A DNA stretch of 64,000 nt from a virus. The notes beneath the pieces were generated by a model. It was not told where the DNA came from. It searched no databases and worked only from the letters and a program-made list of their open reading frames with translations. The stretch lies in UHGV virus genome UHGV-0038495; one strand, written 5' to 3'. The position numbers were made by a program, and so were the translations under genes. Positions 26,541 through 38,200 of this stretch are shown piece after piece (positions within the stretch are counted from its first letter, which is position 1; each line of letters begins with the position of its first letter).

Positions 26541-26817
26541 ATATGGTTTTGATTGTGACCTTGACGAAAGCCGCAAGCGCATGACTAATCAAATATGGAA
26601 ATTGATTCCACTTTGGGAAGAAAATGCTGATTGGGAAAAACAATTAAATAGTGTAATTATTGAAATAGCAGGACTTAATGAAATTTTTAAAGGACAGGTA
26701 AACTTTCTCACACTTTTGTCTAAGCTAGAAGGAATGAGGATTATTAAACATTTTGAACCTTATAGACGCAATGTGTTTGAGAGTATTACAATGTTCAATG
26801 ACTTGTACCATGAATAA
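26521..26817 (+). CDS. Small structural protein
   Basis: 98 aa. Overlaps both neighbouring genes. Confidence 0.35.
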   Translation: MRYVTTKYGFDCDLDESRKRMTNQIWKLIPLWEENADWEKQLNSVIIEIAGLNEIFKGQVNFLTLLSKLEGMRIIKHFEPYRRNVFESITMFNDLYHE

Positions 26818-27745
26818 TTTAGATTTAATGAAGAAAAGGCTCGATTGGCAGGGCGGTGACCAAGAGCATAGAATGATACAAGATAAGTATAAAACATTCC
26901 TCAAGACTTTAAAATATAGTCATCAAGCTGAGGATGTTAGAAAAATGGGGGAAGACGTGCAGTGGCGCGCGCTTATAAACCCAGATAAAGAAAAAGAAGA
27001 TTATGATGATAAAATACTTTCTATAGATTTTGCTTCTAAATTTATGCCGGGAGATATATTTGAATGGCTTAATACAGATACAAAATGGATAGTATATTTA
27101 CCTCATTCTACTGAAGATTCTTTTTTTAAAGCGGAAATTAGACGTTGCAAATGGGAACTTTTTTGGGTAGATGGTAAAGAAAAAAAATCTTCATGGTGTT
27201 ATATCCAAGGTCCAGTAGAAACGAAGATTAATTATCTGCAAAAGTCAGGAATTAGTATAGATACACCTAACTGGTCTTTAGATATATTAATTCCAAACAA
27301 TTCAGATACTAAAAAATTTTTTAAGAGATATGCACGCTTTCTTTTTAATGATATGGCTTGGGAAATTCAAGTAGTTGATAGTATTAGTATCGAGGGTATA
27401 TTACAAATAACTGCCCTTGAATATTATAAAGATATTGATAAAGACAAACCCGATGAATCACTTGCGAATGCATTTGTGATAAAGCCTGCAAGAGAAGAAA
27501 AGTCTGGGGAACATATCATAGAGGGGGAAGGTGTCATTCGACCTAAAAAATCTTATGTATATGGCGCGGGTCTTACTGGCGGCGCGTGGTCAATTAAAGA
27601 GAAACGTCCTATTACTTTAGTTCCTCTTGCAGACCAACGTGTAAAATTAGTTTGGAATGATGTAGTAAGTGGCAATTTTACATTGGTGTATACAGTGGAA
27701 GGCGCAACTTATGAAAAAATGATTGTGGTAGAATCATTGTTTTAG
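26809..27745 (+). CDS. Structural protein
   Basis: ATGA overlap with the stop of the previous gene. The ORF track begins this ORF further upstream at 26753. Confidence 0.4.
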
Positions 27746-27765
27746 AGAAAAAGGAGTTTAAAGAT

Positions 27766-28317
27766 ATGAAAAGAGTACATTATGAAAAGCCTAACTCTAG
27801 TTTCTTATCTTTGGAAAAAGATTATCGTTTAATAATTAATAAACTTTTAGATAATGAGGATTTTAAAAAATTGCTTTATCGTACTGATAAAACATGTCTT
27901 TCTTCCTCTTGTCCAAATCTTTCAGAAGATGAAGTTTTAGATTTGATTACAAAGAAATATATTAAAATTGTACCGAAGGTTGAGGTTGACCCAGAACTAA
28001 AGGCGCAAGTTATTATTTCTTTTGATAATTTTATTCCGAGTGGAAATCCAAAGTTTAGGGATTGTGACATAATATTTGATATATTATGCAATTTTAAATT
28101 ATGGGAATTGACTGATTTTCAATTAAGACCTTATAAAATTGCGGGTATTATTGATTCTATGTTTAATAATCAAAAGTTGACTGGTATCGGAACTGTTCAA
28201 TTTGCTGGCGGGAGTCAGATAGTTGTTAGTGATGAAATTGCTGGATTGACTTTAATGTATTCTGTAACACATGGTAAAGATGACCAAGTAAAGGATATTA
28301 AAACTTTAAATGGTTAA
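27766..28317 (+). CDS. Tail completion or neck protein (putative)
   Basis: 183 aa. RBS aaaaggag. Confidence 0.35.
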   Translation: MKRVHYEKPNSSFLSLEKDYRLIINKLLDNEDFKKLLYRTDKTCLSSSCPNLSEDEVLDLITKKYIKIVPKVEVDPELKAQVIISFDNFIPSGNPKFRDCDIIFDILCNFKLWELTDFQLRPYKIAGIIDSMFNNQKLTGIGTVQFAGGSQIVVSDEIAGLTLMYSVTHGKDDQVKDIKTLNG

Positions 28318-29041
28318 ATTAAGTCATTTTACAGGTATAGATATACCTATTCCAGAATTAGGACTGGTTTTACATCAACCATCAATTACAGAATTATCAT
28401 ATCTTGGAACTGATGAAATTATTTTCTCTGTAATAAAATTTATCACATTAAAAAAAGAAAATTACTTTCAAAACTTACCGGCTTTTGCGGAAATTACTAA
28501 TTTTAAAATTTTCTCAACAATACTTCAAGAAAAGGAATCTAAAGAACTTAAAGATAATATTTTTTCACTGTTGTTTATTTTATTTCCTGATTATAAATTT
28601 ATGTTTTCACCCTCTGGCGGTTTAATTGCTAATAACGTGGAAACTAAACATTCTGTTCTTATAGATGATGCTAAATTTGAAATATTACAAGAAAAGTTAA
28701 GGGAAATTTTTCAGACCTATAAAATATTTGGTGCTGAGAAAATTTATAATCCTGCAAATAGAAAAGCCGCAGAAATAGCGGAAAAAATAAAAAGAGGTAA
28801 ACAAAAGATTGCGGCTCAAAAAGGTTCTTCTCAAGAATCTGTTTTGGCGCGTTATATTTCAATTCTGTCTGTAGGCTTACGTATTAATCCTCTGGAGATT
28901 TGTAAATGGACGTTACCTACTTTATATGAAGTTTTTGAAAGATTTAATCTAAATATGGCATGGAATATAGATCTTAAGATACGTTTAGCGGGTGGCTCTC
29001 CAGATCAGCCGGTAGACGATTGGATGAAAGATATTACATAA
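28310..29041 (+). CDS. Tail-associated protein (putative)
   Basis: 243 aa. Start overlaps the stop of the previous gene. Confidence 0.35.
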   Translation: MVKLSHFTGIDIPIPELGLVLHQPSITELSYLGTDEIIFSVIKFITLKKENYFQNLPAFAEITNFKIFSTILQEKESKELKDNIFSLLFILFPDYKFMFSPSGGLIANNVETKHSVLIDDAKFEILQEKLREIFQTYKIFGAEKIYNPANRKAAEIAEKIKRGKQKIAAQKGSSQESVLARYISILSVGLRINPLEICKWTLPTLYEVFERFNLNMAWNIDLKIRLAGGSPDQPVDDWMKDIT

Positions 29042-29070
29042 ATTAAAAAAATTTTTTAGGAGGTATATCT

Positions 29071-30042
29071 ATGCGTTTAGGCGTACGCGAATGCGTTGAT
29101 GTATGTTTTAAAGCTCTTGCGAATATAAAAATAGGCAATCACGTATTTAAAAAGGGCGAACCAGTTATTTATTTTGATACAGTAACTACTTCCGAGCTCA
29201 CAGGCGAGTCTACAACTACTTATGCTCAGGGTGGACGTGGTAACTCTAGATTAATCGCATGGGAAGGCGAAAAGAACGTAACCTTTACATTTACAGATGC
29301 TCTCATTAGCCCTGTGGGTATGGCTATCCTGACTGGTGCAAATTTAATCCAGGCTGATAATACTGAAGCTAACGCAGTATTTGGTCACGAAACAGTTGCA
29401 CTGATAGCTACGGAAGATGGTAAAGTAACACTTACTTCTAATGACCCTTCTATTTATGTTTCACAGGAAGGCGAAGTTGATAGACCTGTTTATATTATGC
29501 TGTTAGATGAAAATGGTGAAATGTCTGGTACAGCAGTTAAGATTGCAGGCACAAGTGTAACAGAAACAGGTACTGTAGTATCAAGCACTCTTATTAAGAA
29601 GGGTGATAGAATTATGATAGACTACTATCATAAGTATATGACAGATGCTATGAGAATAGAAATTACTCCAGACCAGTTTGCAGGTTATTTCTATATTGAG
29701 GGTTCAACTCTTTATAGAAGAGAACTTGATGGTGTAGACGTACCGGCAGAAATCATTATCCCTAAGGGTAAGGTTCAGACTTCATTTACGTTTACAATGT
29801 CTTCAAGTGGCGACCCAAGCACCTTCCAGTTTACGGTTGATGCATTCCCAGGTTATGTTAAGGGCGCAAGTCAGAAGACGCTTGCAGCACTCCAGATACT
29901 GGGCGCAGATGATAACTATGATGCTGAGGTTGGCGCAGAAACCGGTGAAGTAACTTATAAGAGATATCAGTACAATGAAAATACTGATGGATTCTATTTT
30001 GGTAGCGAAAAACTTACTGGTGACGACACAGAAATTGAATAA
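29071..30042 (+). CDS. Major tail (tube) protein (putative)
   Basis: 323 aa rich in T/S/V, suggesting beta structure. Strong RBS ttaggaggt. Followed by a strong terminator, as expected for a highly expressed structural gene. Confidence 0.45.
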   Translation: MRLGVRECVDVCFKALANIKIGNHVFKKGEPVIYFDTVTTSELTGESTTTYAQGGRGNSRLIAWEGEKNVTFTFTDALISPVGMAILTGANLIQADNTEANAVFGHETVALIATEDGKVTLTSNDPSIYVSQEGEVDRPVYIMLLDENGEMSGTAVKIAGTSVTETGTVVSSTLIKKGDRIMIDYYHKYMTDAMRIEITPDQFAGYFYIEGSTLYRRELDGVDVPAEIIIPKGKVQTSFTFTMSSSGDPSTFQFTVDAFPGYVKGASQKTLAALQILGADDNYDAEVGAETGEVTYKRYQYNENTDGFYFGSEKLTGDDTEIE

Positions 30043-30050
30043 TAAATTAA

Positions 30051-30076
30051 GGAGGGTTTATCCCTCCTTTTTTTTA
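30051..30076 (+). terminator. Intrinsic terminator after the major tail gene
   Basis: ggagggtttatccctcc followed by T9. Confidence 0.65.
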
Positions 30077-30095
30077 TAGGTGAAAGGAGTTTATT

Positions 30096-31577
30096 ATGGC
30101 TCAAGGTGGAATCGGGGATTATATACATTATCGAAATTATAGATATAGATATTATGGAATTGGAGCTCGAGAAAAAGGTATTTCCGCATCAAAAGCTCTT
30201 AGTGACCAAAAACAAAAATTAAAAATAAATAGCGGTTCATTGTCTTCAACAATAATAACAGAGATTGAAAAAACAATGACTTCAATTATGTATCCAAATG
30301 AAAAAGGTAGTAATTATACAAAAATTATAAATAATATAGAACAGGAAAGAATCCGACAAGAAGTAGAAGCTTTTGTTAAACAATGGGGAGAACATATCAC
30401 AACAGATTGGGGTAAAGGTGGAGAACCTTCTGGCACGAAAAAAGGCGGAAGTATTCAGAAACTAGGCCCAAGAAAAGATGATGATAAAGAACATCGCGTT
30501 TATGTTAAAACTATATATAAAAGAGTTAAGCAATTTAGAGAAGCAATAACGCAGCAAAAACGAAAAGGTATTATTTCTGAAGAAGAGTTATTAAAATTGA
30601 GAAAAGAAATAAATACTATTTCTAAAGAAATGACAGCTGCAGGTCTTACACTTTCACCAAAATCAAGTAAAGTAATTAGAAATACAAGTAAATCTTGGGA
30701 TTTTGTAAAACGTTTAAATGCTTTATTTACTGCTTTATCTTATCCCAAGGATAAAATTTTGGGAGAGATGCTTGAAATTGTTCAAAGAAGGACTTTAGAG
30801 GCAGTTTCAAATTTTGCGAATAAAACTGGTTCAGATTTAGTATATAAATGTTTAGATATAAAAGGGTCTGATAAAAAGAATATTATTGTAGAAAATAATC
30901 TTGGTTCTTTTGTTAATAAAGAAGCTTTTTTTAATAATACTAAAAATGTTGTACAATTATCTGAAAATACTACTTTAATTTCTAGTTTATCCTTGGGAAG
31001 CAAAACAGTAAAAGCAGATGTAACAATGATTATGATTGATGTAAATGGATTAGTCAATTTTTCTGGCTTTTCAGATAAAAACTATTATGGACCAAATCTT
31101 CATCTTGTAGAAAAAACACCTTTGTTAGATTTATTAATGGATCAAAATTCAGCCTTTGCGACGCATTATTTAAACATGGTAGCTAGAAATGAGACGGGCG
31201 GGGGTACTCCTTCAACTGTTAATTCAAGTTATATCCATGAAATCAAAAGAATTATTGCGATAAAGGCTTTGCAAGGTGTAATATCAAATTTACAAGGGTA
31301 TAGTGCAAATTATTTAGTATTAAATGATAGGCAGAATAAAAAAATTACAATAAAGAGTATAAATAAAATTATAAGCGATATTGAAGAAAAATCTTCCATT
31401 GAAAATTATTTTATAATTAGTCCAAATATAGAAGATATTGTATTACCAAATATGTTTGTTAAATCAACTTCTGGTAATCCTATATTGGGAGCGCGCGAGA
31501 GAATCGCAAATGTATTAGGTGAAGCAAGAAAGAAAAAAATTGTTGCTTCTATGAAAAAGAATGCTTTATATTTATAA
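30096..31577 (+). CDS. Tail protein of unknown role
   Basis: 493 aa. Position between the major tail protein and the chaperone/TMP genes. Confidence 0.35.
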   Translation: MAQGGIGDYIHYRNYRYRYYGIGAREKGISASKALSDQKQKLKINSGSLSSTIITEIEKTMTSIMYPNEKGSNYTKIINNIEQERIRQEVEAFVKQWGEHITTDWGKGGEPSGTKKGGSIQKLGPRKDDDKEHRVYVKTIYKRVKQFREAITQQKRKGIISEEELLKLRKEINTISKEMTAAGLTLSPKSSKVIRNTSKSWDFVKRLNALFTALSYPKDKILGEMLEIVQRRTLEAVSNFANKTGSDLVYKCLDIKGSDKKNIIVENNLGSFVNKEAFFNNTKNVVQLSENTTLISSLSLGSKTVKADVTMIMIDVNGLVNFSGFSDKNYYGPNLHLVEKTPLLDLLMDQNSAFATHYLNMVARNETGGGTPSTVNSSYIHEIKRIIAIKALQGVISNLQGYSANYLVLNDRQNKKITIKSINKIISDIEEKSSIENYFIISPNIEDIVLPNMFVKSTSGNPILGARERIANVLGEARKKKIVASMKKNALYL

Positions 31578-31583
31578 AAATTT

Positions 31584-31595
31584 TGATATAATATA
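31584..31595 (+). promoter_or_regulatory. Extended -10 promoter element TGATATAATATA (copy 1 of 3)
   Basis: Identical 12-mer upstream of the genes at 31622, 55559 and 57612, each about 25-30 nt before an RBS. Confidence 0.4.
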
Positions 31596-31621
31596 TTATA
31601 TATGAGATAAAGGAGGCTGTT

Positions 31622-32149
31622 ATGGCAAAAATCACTTTTACAAAACTTAATCTTCCTAAAATAAGTAAGGAAGAAAAAACAATAGAAATTAATGGCGCAC
31701 AGGTTGCTGTGAAACAGTTTTTATCGACTGAAGAAAAATTAAATTTAATAGAATCTATTTTAACCAAATCAGTAGATGAAGTATATGGCTATTTTAATCC
31801 TATTAGAATTGATTTTATAACAACTATAGAATTAATTAAAGCATATACTAATATTACTTTTACAGAGAAACAGATTGGAGATAATTTATTCAAGACCATG
31901 GATCTTTTAGATGCCGCCGGCGCAACTGATACAATTATTAGTGCGATTCCAAAAGAAGAGTATGATAGTATCATTAAGACTATTGAATCTTGTTCTATTG
32001 CAATAGAAAGATATAATTGTAGTCTTGCGGGTATGCTTAGCAGAATGCGCGCAGATAATGATGCTATCGCAATGGATGTAGATAAAATAACCGAGGGCTT
32101 AAGTCCAGAAAATCTTGAATACGTAAAGAAAATTATCGAAAATGCGTAA
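31622..32149 (+). CDS. Tail assembly chaperone (putative)
   Basis: 175 aa, predicted helical and acidic, immediately upstream of the TMP gene. Confidence 0.35.
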   Translation: MAKITFTKLNLPKISKEEKTIEINGAQVAVKQFLSTEEKLNLIESILTKSVDEVYGYFNPIRIDFITTIELIKAYTNITFTEKQIGDNLFKTMDLLDAAGATDTIISAIPKEEYDSIIKTIESCSIAIERYNCSLAGMLSRMRADNDAIAMDVDKITEGLSPENLEYVKKIIENA

Positions 32150-32266
32150 GGACATTTTACTAAAAAGCGCTGAATAAAATTTTTATTTAATATGGAAAGA
32201 TATATCCACCCGTTTTATGGGTGGATTTTTTTATAGATATTTTTAAGGAGAGAAAGGAGAATTACA

Positions 32267-35200
32267 TTGGCTAAAGCATTAAATTATAATTTGAATTTTA
32301 AAGCCAATACAAAAGAAGCGGAAACTGCATTAAAACAACTTCAGATGCAGTTAGAAAAGATTTCTTTAAAATCCTTTAAAATTGATTCTAAAGGATTTAA
32401 AGAAGCTCAAGCAGATGCACGAAAGTTACAACAGGCGCTTAATTTTTCAACTACTTCAACTGGTAAATTAGATTTAACTAAATTTAATTCCGAATTAAAG
32501 AAAAGTGGATTAACAGTAAATCAGCTTTCAAAACAAATGTTGTCGCTTGGTGTTGATGGCGAAAAAGCTTTCGCTTCTTTTGCAAAAACCATTTCTTCAA
32601 CTCAAACACCTATTCGTCAAACAAGTAAAATGCTTGATGAAATGTGGGTTACAATGAAGAATACTATGCGTTGGCAGTTTACTACTGCGGCACTGGGTGG
32701 TTTTACTGGAGCGATTTCTGATGCAGTATCTTACGCCCATCAGTTAGATAGCGCTTTAAGAGATATTAGAATAGTATCTGGAGAAAGTGCTGAGTCTATG
32801 GAACAATTTGCTGTAGATGCAAGTAAAGCGGCAAAGCGTTTAAGTTCTACGACCAAGGATTATGCAGAAGGAGCTTTGATTTATTATCAGCAAGGTCTGG
32901 ATCAAGAAGAGTCAAGAGCTAGAACCGAGACCACATTAAAGATGGCTAATGTTACTGGAGATAGCGCATCAGAGGTATCTTCTTACATGACCGCAATTTG
33001 GAATAACTATGCAAAAGGTTCAGAAAATCTTGAACACTTTACAGATGTTATGGCAGATTTAGGTGCACGTACAGCATCTAGCTCTTCAGAAATTGCTGAT
33101 GGCTTACAGCAGTTTGTATCTTTAGGACCAGTAATAGGACTTTCATTCGACAATGCAGCTGCTGCGCTGGCGGCAGTAAGTTCAAGCACTCGTGAATCTG
33201 CAGCCACTATTGGTAACTCATTTAAAACAATTTTTGCGAGATTACAAGGATTAAAACTTGGAGATACCTTAGATGATGGAACAGATTTGAATAAGTATTC
33301 TGAAGCTTTAGCAACTGCGGGTGTGCAGATTAAAGATTCTACTGGACAATTAAAAGATGCTGACACAATCCTTGACGAGCTTATGGATAAATGGGATGGT
33401 TTAGCCAAAGACCAACAAGTTGCAACTGCGCAGACAGTTGCTGGAGTTCACCAATATGCTAGATTTATGTCTTTGATGGAAGCTAAAGATGCTTATCGCC
33501 AAAACCTGCAATGGGCGCAGAATGCAGATGGTGCGGTAGATGAGCAAATGAAATATTATGAAGAATCTTGGACAGCTGCACAAGATCGTTTTAAAGACTC
33601 TTTAAATCAAGTATATAATCAATTAGATATAGAAGACGGTGCAAAAACTTTATATAACGTATTGGATAAAATTGCTAGCGGCGCGGCAGAAGCAATAGAT
33701 AATGTCGGTGGCATACAGCCAATTTTCTTTGCTCTTGCAAGTTTTTTAGGTGGAACTTTTTCTTCTCAAATAAGTAATACTTTTTCTCGTTTTAAACAAA
33801 ATATAATTACTACTATAACAAGTGAAGAACAATTAAAACAGGCTCATCAAGAGATGTTAAATGTTATTCAAGAAAAAAAGGATGGTATTGGAAGTGTAGC
33901 AATTCAAAAGGAAATAGAAGGTTATGAGCAATTAATTCAATTAAAACAAAAAGTAGCTAATGCTTCTAAAAACTTGTCTTCTGATGAAATTGCTTATAAT
34001 GATGCAGTTTTACAATCTGTTGAACAATTACTTTTAAAAGAAAAAGAGTTAAGAGAATTAAGAGTTGAGAAAGAAGATACCTACCAAGACCTTCCAGAAG
34101 ATACTTTTAATAATTTTGCAAAAACAGTTAAAGGTGGAAATATTCTTAGAGGAGAAAATGGTTTAGGCGGCGCTAACGAAGAGAGAGTTTCTGCTTTTTA
34201 TAATAGTAGAAATGTAGAAAATAATATAAATGCTTCAAATGAAACAAGAATTAGAGAATTAATTGATAATGTTTTACAGTTAGAAACAGCAAATGCGCAA
34301 GCCACTGCATCTTTTAAGAGAGTTGAAGAAGCAGGTAAAACTTTTAGCTCAGCAAATGAAAAAGATATTAATAAGGTTAGAGAAAGTTATGCTAAATTAT
34401 TACAAGATATAAAAGATGACTTTCCTTTATTAGTTAAAGAATTAAAAAAGGCAGATGTAGATATTGTAGATTCAATAGAAAGTATTACAGCTCAATCTTT
34501 AGAAGAAATTAAGAAAAATATTGAAGAAACAAAAAGAAATTTAAGTAACTTGCGTTCAAATGTTCAAAGGTCAGCTAATTTAGGTGGTCAAGCTTTAAGT
34601 GGTTTAAATATAAATCCTAAGAAATTGCGCGAAGCCGCAGAAGAACAAGTAAATATCATAAATCAACAGCGTGAAACTTCGGGAATGAGACAGAATTTAA
34701 ATGATTCAGTCATTGAAAAACCAGTTAAAAAAGATACTGTGAAACAAATATTAATGTTAAATAGTGCTTTAAGTCAGACTGCTTTTGCAATGATGTCCGT
34801 AAGAAGTATTTGGAAAGATTTAAAAGACCCAGATATTAGTGGTTGGGAAAAATTAACCAGTGTATTAATAAATATTGGTTTTATTACACCTACTATTATG
34901 TCTGGAATAAAAGGTATTAATACTATTATAGGTAAAAAAAATAGCTTAAAAAATATTAAAGTAGATGAAGATATAGTCAATAAATATAGTCAACAAGCGC
35001 AAGATTTACAAGAAAAAATAAATAGAAAAAATAAAATTAATATTTCTAAAGAGGGTGCGGAACAAGCCGCAGTAGCAGCAAATGAACATTATATTCAAAG
35101 TCTAGCGCGTTTATCAGATGCTAAAAAAGAAGCTGCTAGTATTGATAATGTTTTAGATAATGCGGAAAAAGCTCGTATTCAAAATGAACTTTCATTGGCA

Positions 35201-38200
35201 ACCGTAGAACATGAACAGGCAACTTTCTTAAAAGAAAAAACAGCTCTTAATAGAGAAGCATTACTTGCAGAGGAAGCTGAAATTGATGCTCAATTAGCAC
35301 AAGCCGTAGCCGCAGATAGTGTAACAGTATCTCGTACTGGAGAAATGCGTGCTACAACTGCAAGTATTGCAACTTCTAAGGTAAAGGAATTACAAAATGC
35401 AGGCGAAGCAGTTTCAGAAGAGTTGGTAAATGCCGCACTCTCGGAAGGTATTACATTACAAAACGTAGACATAGCTGTTAAATATAAAGGTGTTGCTGCG
35501 ACAGTTGCGGCGGCATTGGCTCAAGGTCAATTTGCCGTAGCTCTTAAAGCTGTAGGGGTAGCATTAAAGGGCATTATAACAGCGGCCGCGCCTTTCTTAC
35601 CTTTAATTGTTGCTATTGGTGGTGCCATTGCTATTTTCAAGGTAGTAAAAGATGCAATGAATGAAGCTACTGATAATGCGCAAGAACAAAGTGATAAACT
35701 ACAAGCTTTACAAGAAAATCTTTCTAATGTAAATCAAGAATATGAAGGTTTAAAAGAAGCGCAGTCTACTTATGATGAGGCTAAATCTGGGTTAGATGGA
35801 CTTGTTCAAGGTACTCAAGAATGGAATGAAGCCCTTGAAGAAGCTAATAATAAAATCTTAGAAATTTTAAATAATTATCCAGAACTCTGGGCCTATGCTT
35901 CAAGGGATGAAAATGGTTTAATTTCTATAGACGACGAGGGTTTTGAAGAACTAATAGAGAAAAAGCAAGAAGCTGCACGAAAAGCTGAAGCCGCAAAGGT
36001 TGTCCAGCAGCAGACCTCTACAAAAGCTGATAATGATTTGTTAGCCGAGCAAGCAGGCGCGAAATGGAATAATGAAATTAGAGATATTTATAGCCAATAT
36101 TCACAAGGACAAATAGATGAGTCACAAGTAAGAAGTCAAGTTGCTCAACAAGAATATGAAGATTTTAACAGAATAGAAGAAAAATTAAAAGGTATTAATA
36201 AAGAAAGTGCTGAATATAGAGAGATACTGGCTAATAATGGTTTGTCAGTTCAAGATTGGGAAGAAAAATTAACATCAGTAGATGAAAAAACAAAAACAAT
36301 AATCGAAAATGCTAATAAAGCAAAATCTAATAGTACTGGCGCAGATAATGCTATGGGTACTTATCTTTCTTCTCTTGTAGCAACTGATGAAGATTTCACG
36401 GAATATGGAAATCAAAAACAAATAACCGAGGCATTAGAAGCATCTTATCAGAAAAAAGTTAAAGAAATACGTAAAAATAATAGTGATAAAGATATTAGAG
36501 AAGCTTATGAACGTGAAACTACTTTAAAAGAAGGCGATAAAGGTTATCAAGATAATGTTGACGAACAAGCAAAAGTTTTAGCTGCTATTAAAATGACTAA
36601 AGAAGAAGCTCAAGAAGTTGTAGATCAAGTAAATAGTGATATGCAACAGCTTCAAAGTCAGGTTTGGGGAGAATCTGGTGGTGGCTTATTGGGTCAAATG
36701 CTTACTGGTAATGGTAGCGCTGAAGGATATACCTTAGAAGAAATAAGTAAATTAAAATCTCAACTTGATACATTAATGAGCCCAGAACAATGGGCAAATG
36801 CTAACGATGAAGATGTTATACGAAGCCTTTTTGGAGTAGATAGTGAAACTGCAAAAGAAATTATTTCAAGATATGGTACAGAAGCTATTGAAACATTTGT
36901 TAATGCTGTAAAGAATTTTGTAAAAGCAGATAAAAAAGATTTTGATCCAGTAGAACAAGCAGCAGATGGTAATGAAGAAATAAAAGATAGAGTAGATGAT
37001 ATAAAGAAAGCATATGATAAGTTACCGGAAGATGAGAAAAAAGTAGCATTAGAAGTTATTCCAAAAATGACAGAGGACGATGCTAAGAGTTTCATTAAGG
37101 ACTCAAAAGGATATATAAAGAAATATTCTAATGATTTAAAAGCAGAAGAAACATTTGCAAATATTACAAAAGAAATAGATGCTGCAAAAGACGCCGGCGA
37201 TACTTATAATTTTGATGCAACAGATGTAAAGAATTATGCTAAACAACTTCAAAATCTCGCACGCCAAAATAAAATTGCTAATAAAGAGCTTAAAGACAAT
37301 TACGATTTAGCATTGCAAGTCGCATATTCTTATCAAAAGATGAATGACGGTCTTGAAAAGATAAGAAGTAATTGGGACGATTGGAAAAATATATTTAAGA
37401 CTGTATCTCCAAATAATTCAGAATATCAGAAGACTTTAACTGACTACGCTGGACAAATGGAAAAAGTTTTAGGAATGCAGCTTAATGATCTTGAGAATAA
37501 AGATGGTGAAGCTATTAAATTAGACTTTTTAGTTGATACAGAATCTTTAAAATTAGCCGAACAAGCTTTAAATGGTGATGCAGATGCAGTTGATAGATTA
37601 AAAGCAAAAGCGCAAGAAAAAATCTTTTTTGAAGTATATGCAGATGAAATAGATGATTCTGGCATGAGAGATGATTTGGCGAAAATGGCTAATTTAATTA
37701 CTGGTTGGGTGTCAAATCATAATATTGAAGTTGGCGCAAGCATTGATAACTCTCAATTTAATAAAGCTCTTTATTCTATGGCTGCTGCAACAGGACAAAC
37801 AGTTGCAGATATTGCTAGAATGTTTGGATTTACTGTCGGTGGTAAATTAGATGGCTATGATACTATTCAAGTGAAAAGAACAAATCTACAATCTGTAATA
37901 GATGACGGTGGTATGGAAATTGATGCTGTATCTGGAGCTGCTTCAAAAACTGCTACAAAATTTCAAAAGGCAAAAGCCGCAGGTTATGCTACTGTAATGG
38001 TTCCTAGGTTATCTTTTGGAGTAACAAATTCTGCTGCGGGGACTACAGGTTCAGTTCCAAAAGGAGTAGGCACAACCGGTTCAAAGGGCGGTGGCTCCGG
38101 CAAATCCAAAGGCGGCGGTGGAGGTGGCTCTAGTAATAAATATGAGCCAGATAAGTTAGATGATGAATTTGATAAATACTATTATTATAAAAAATCAATA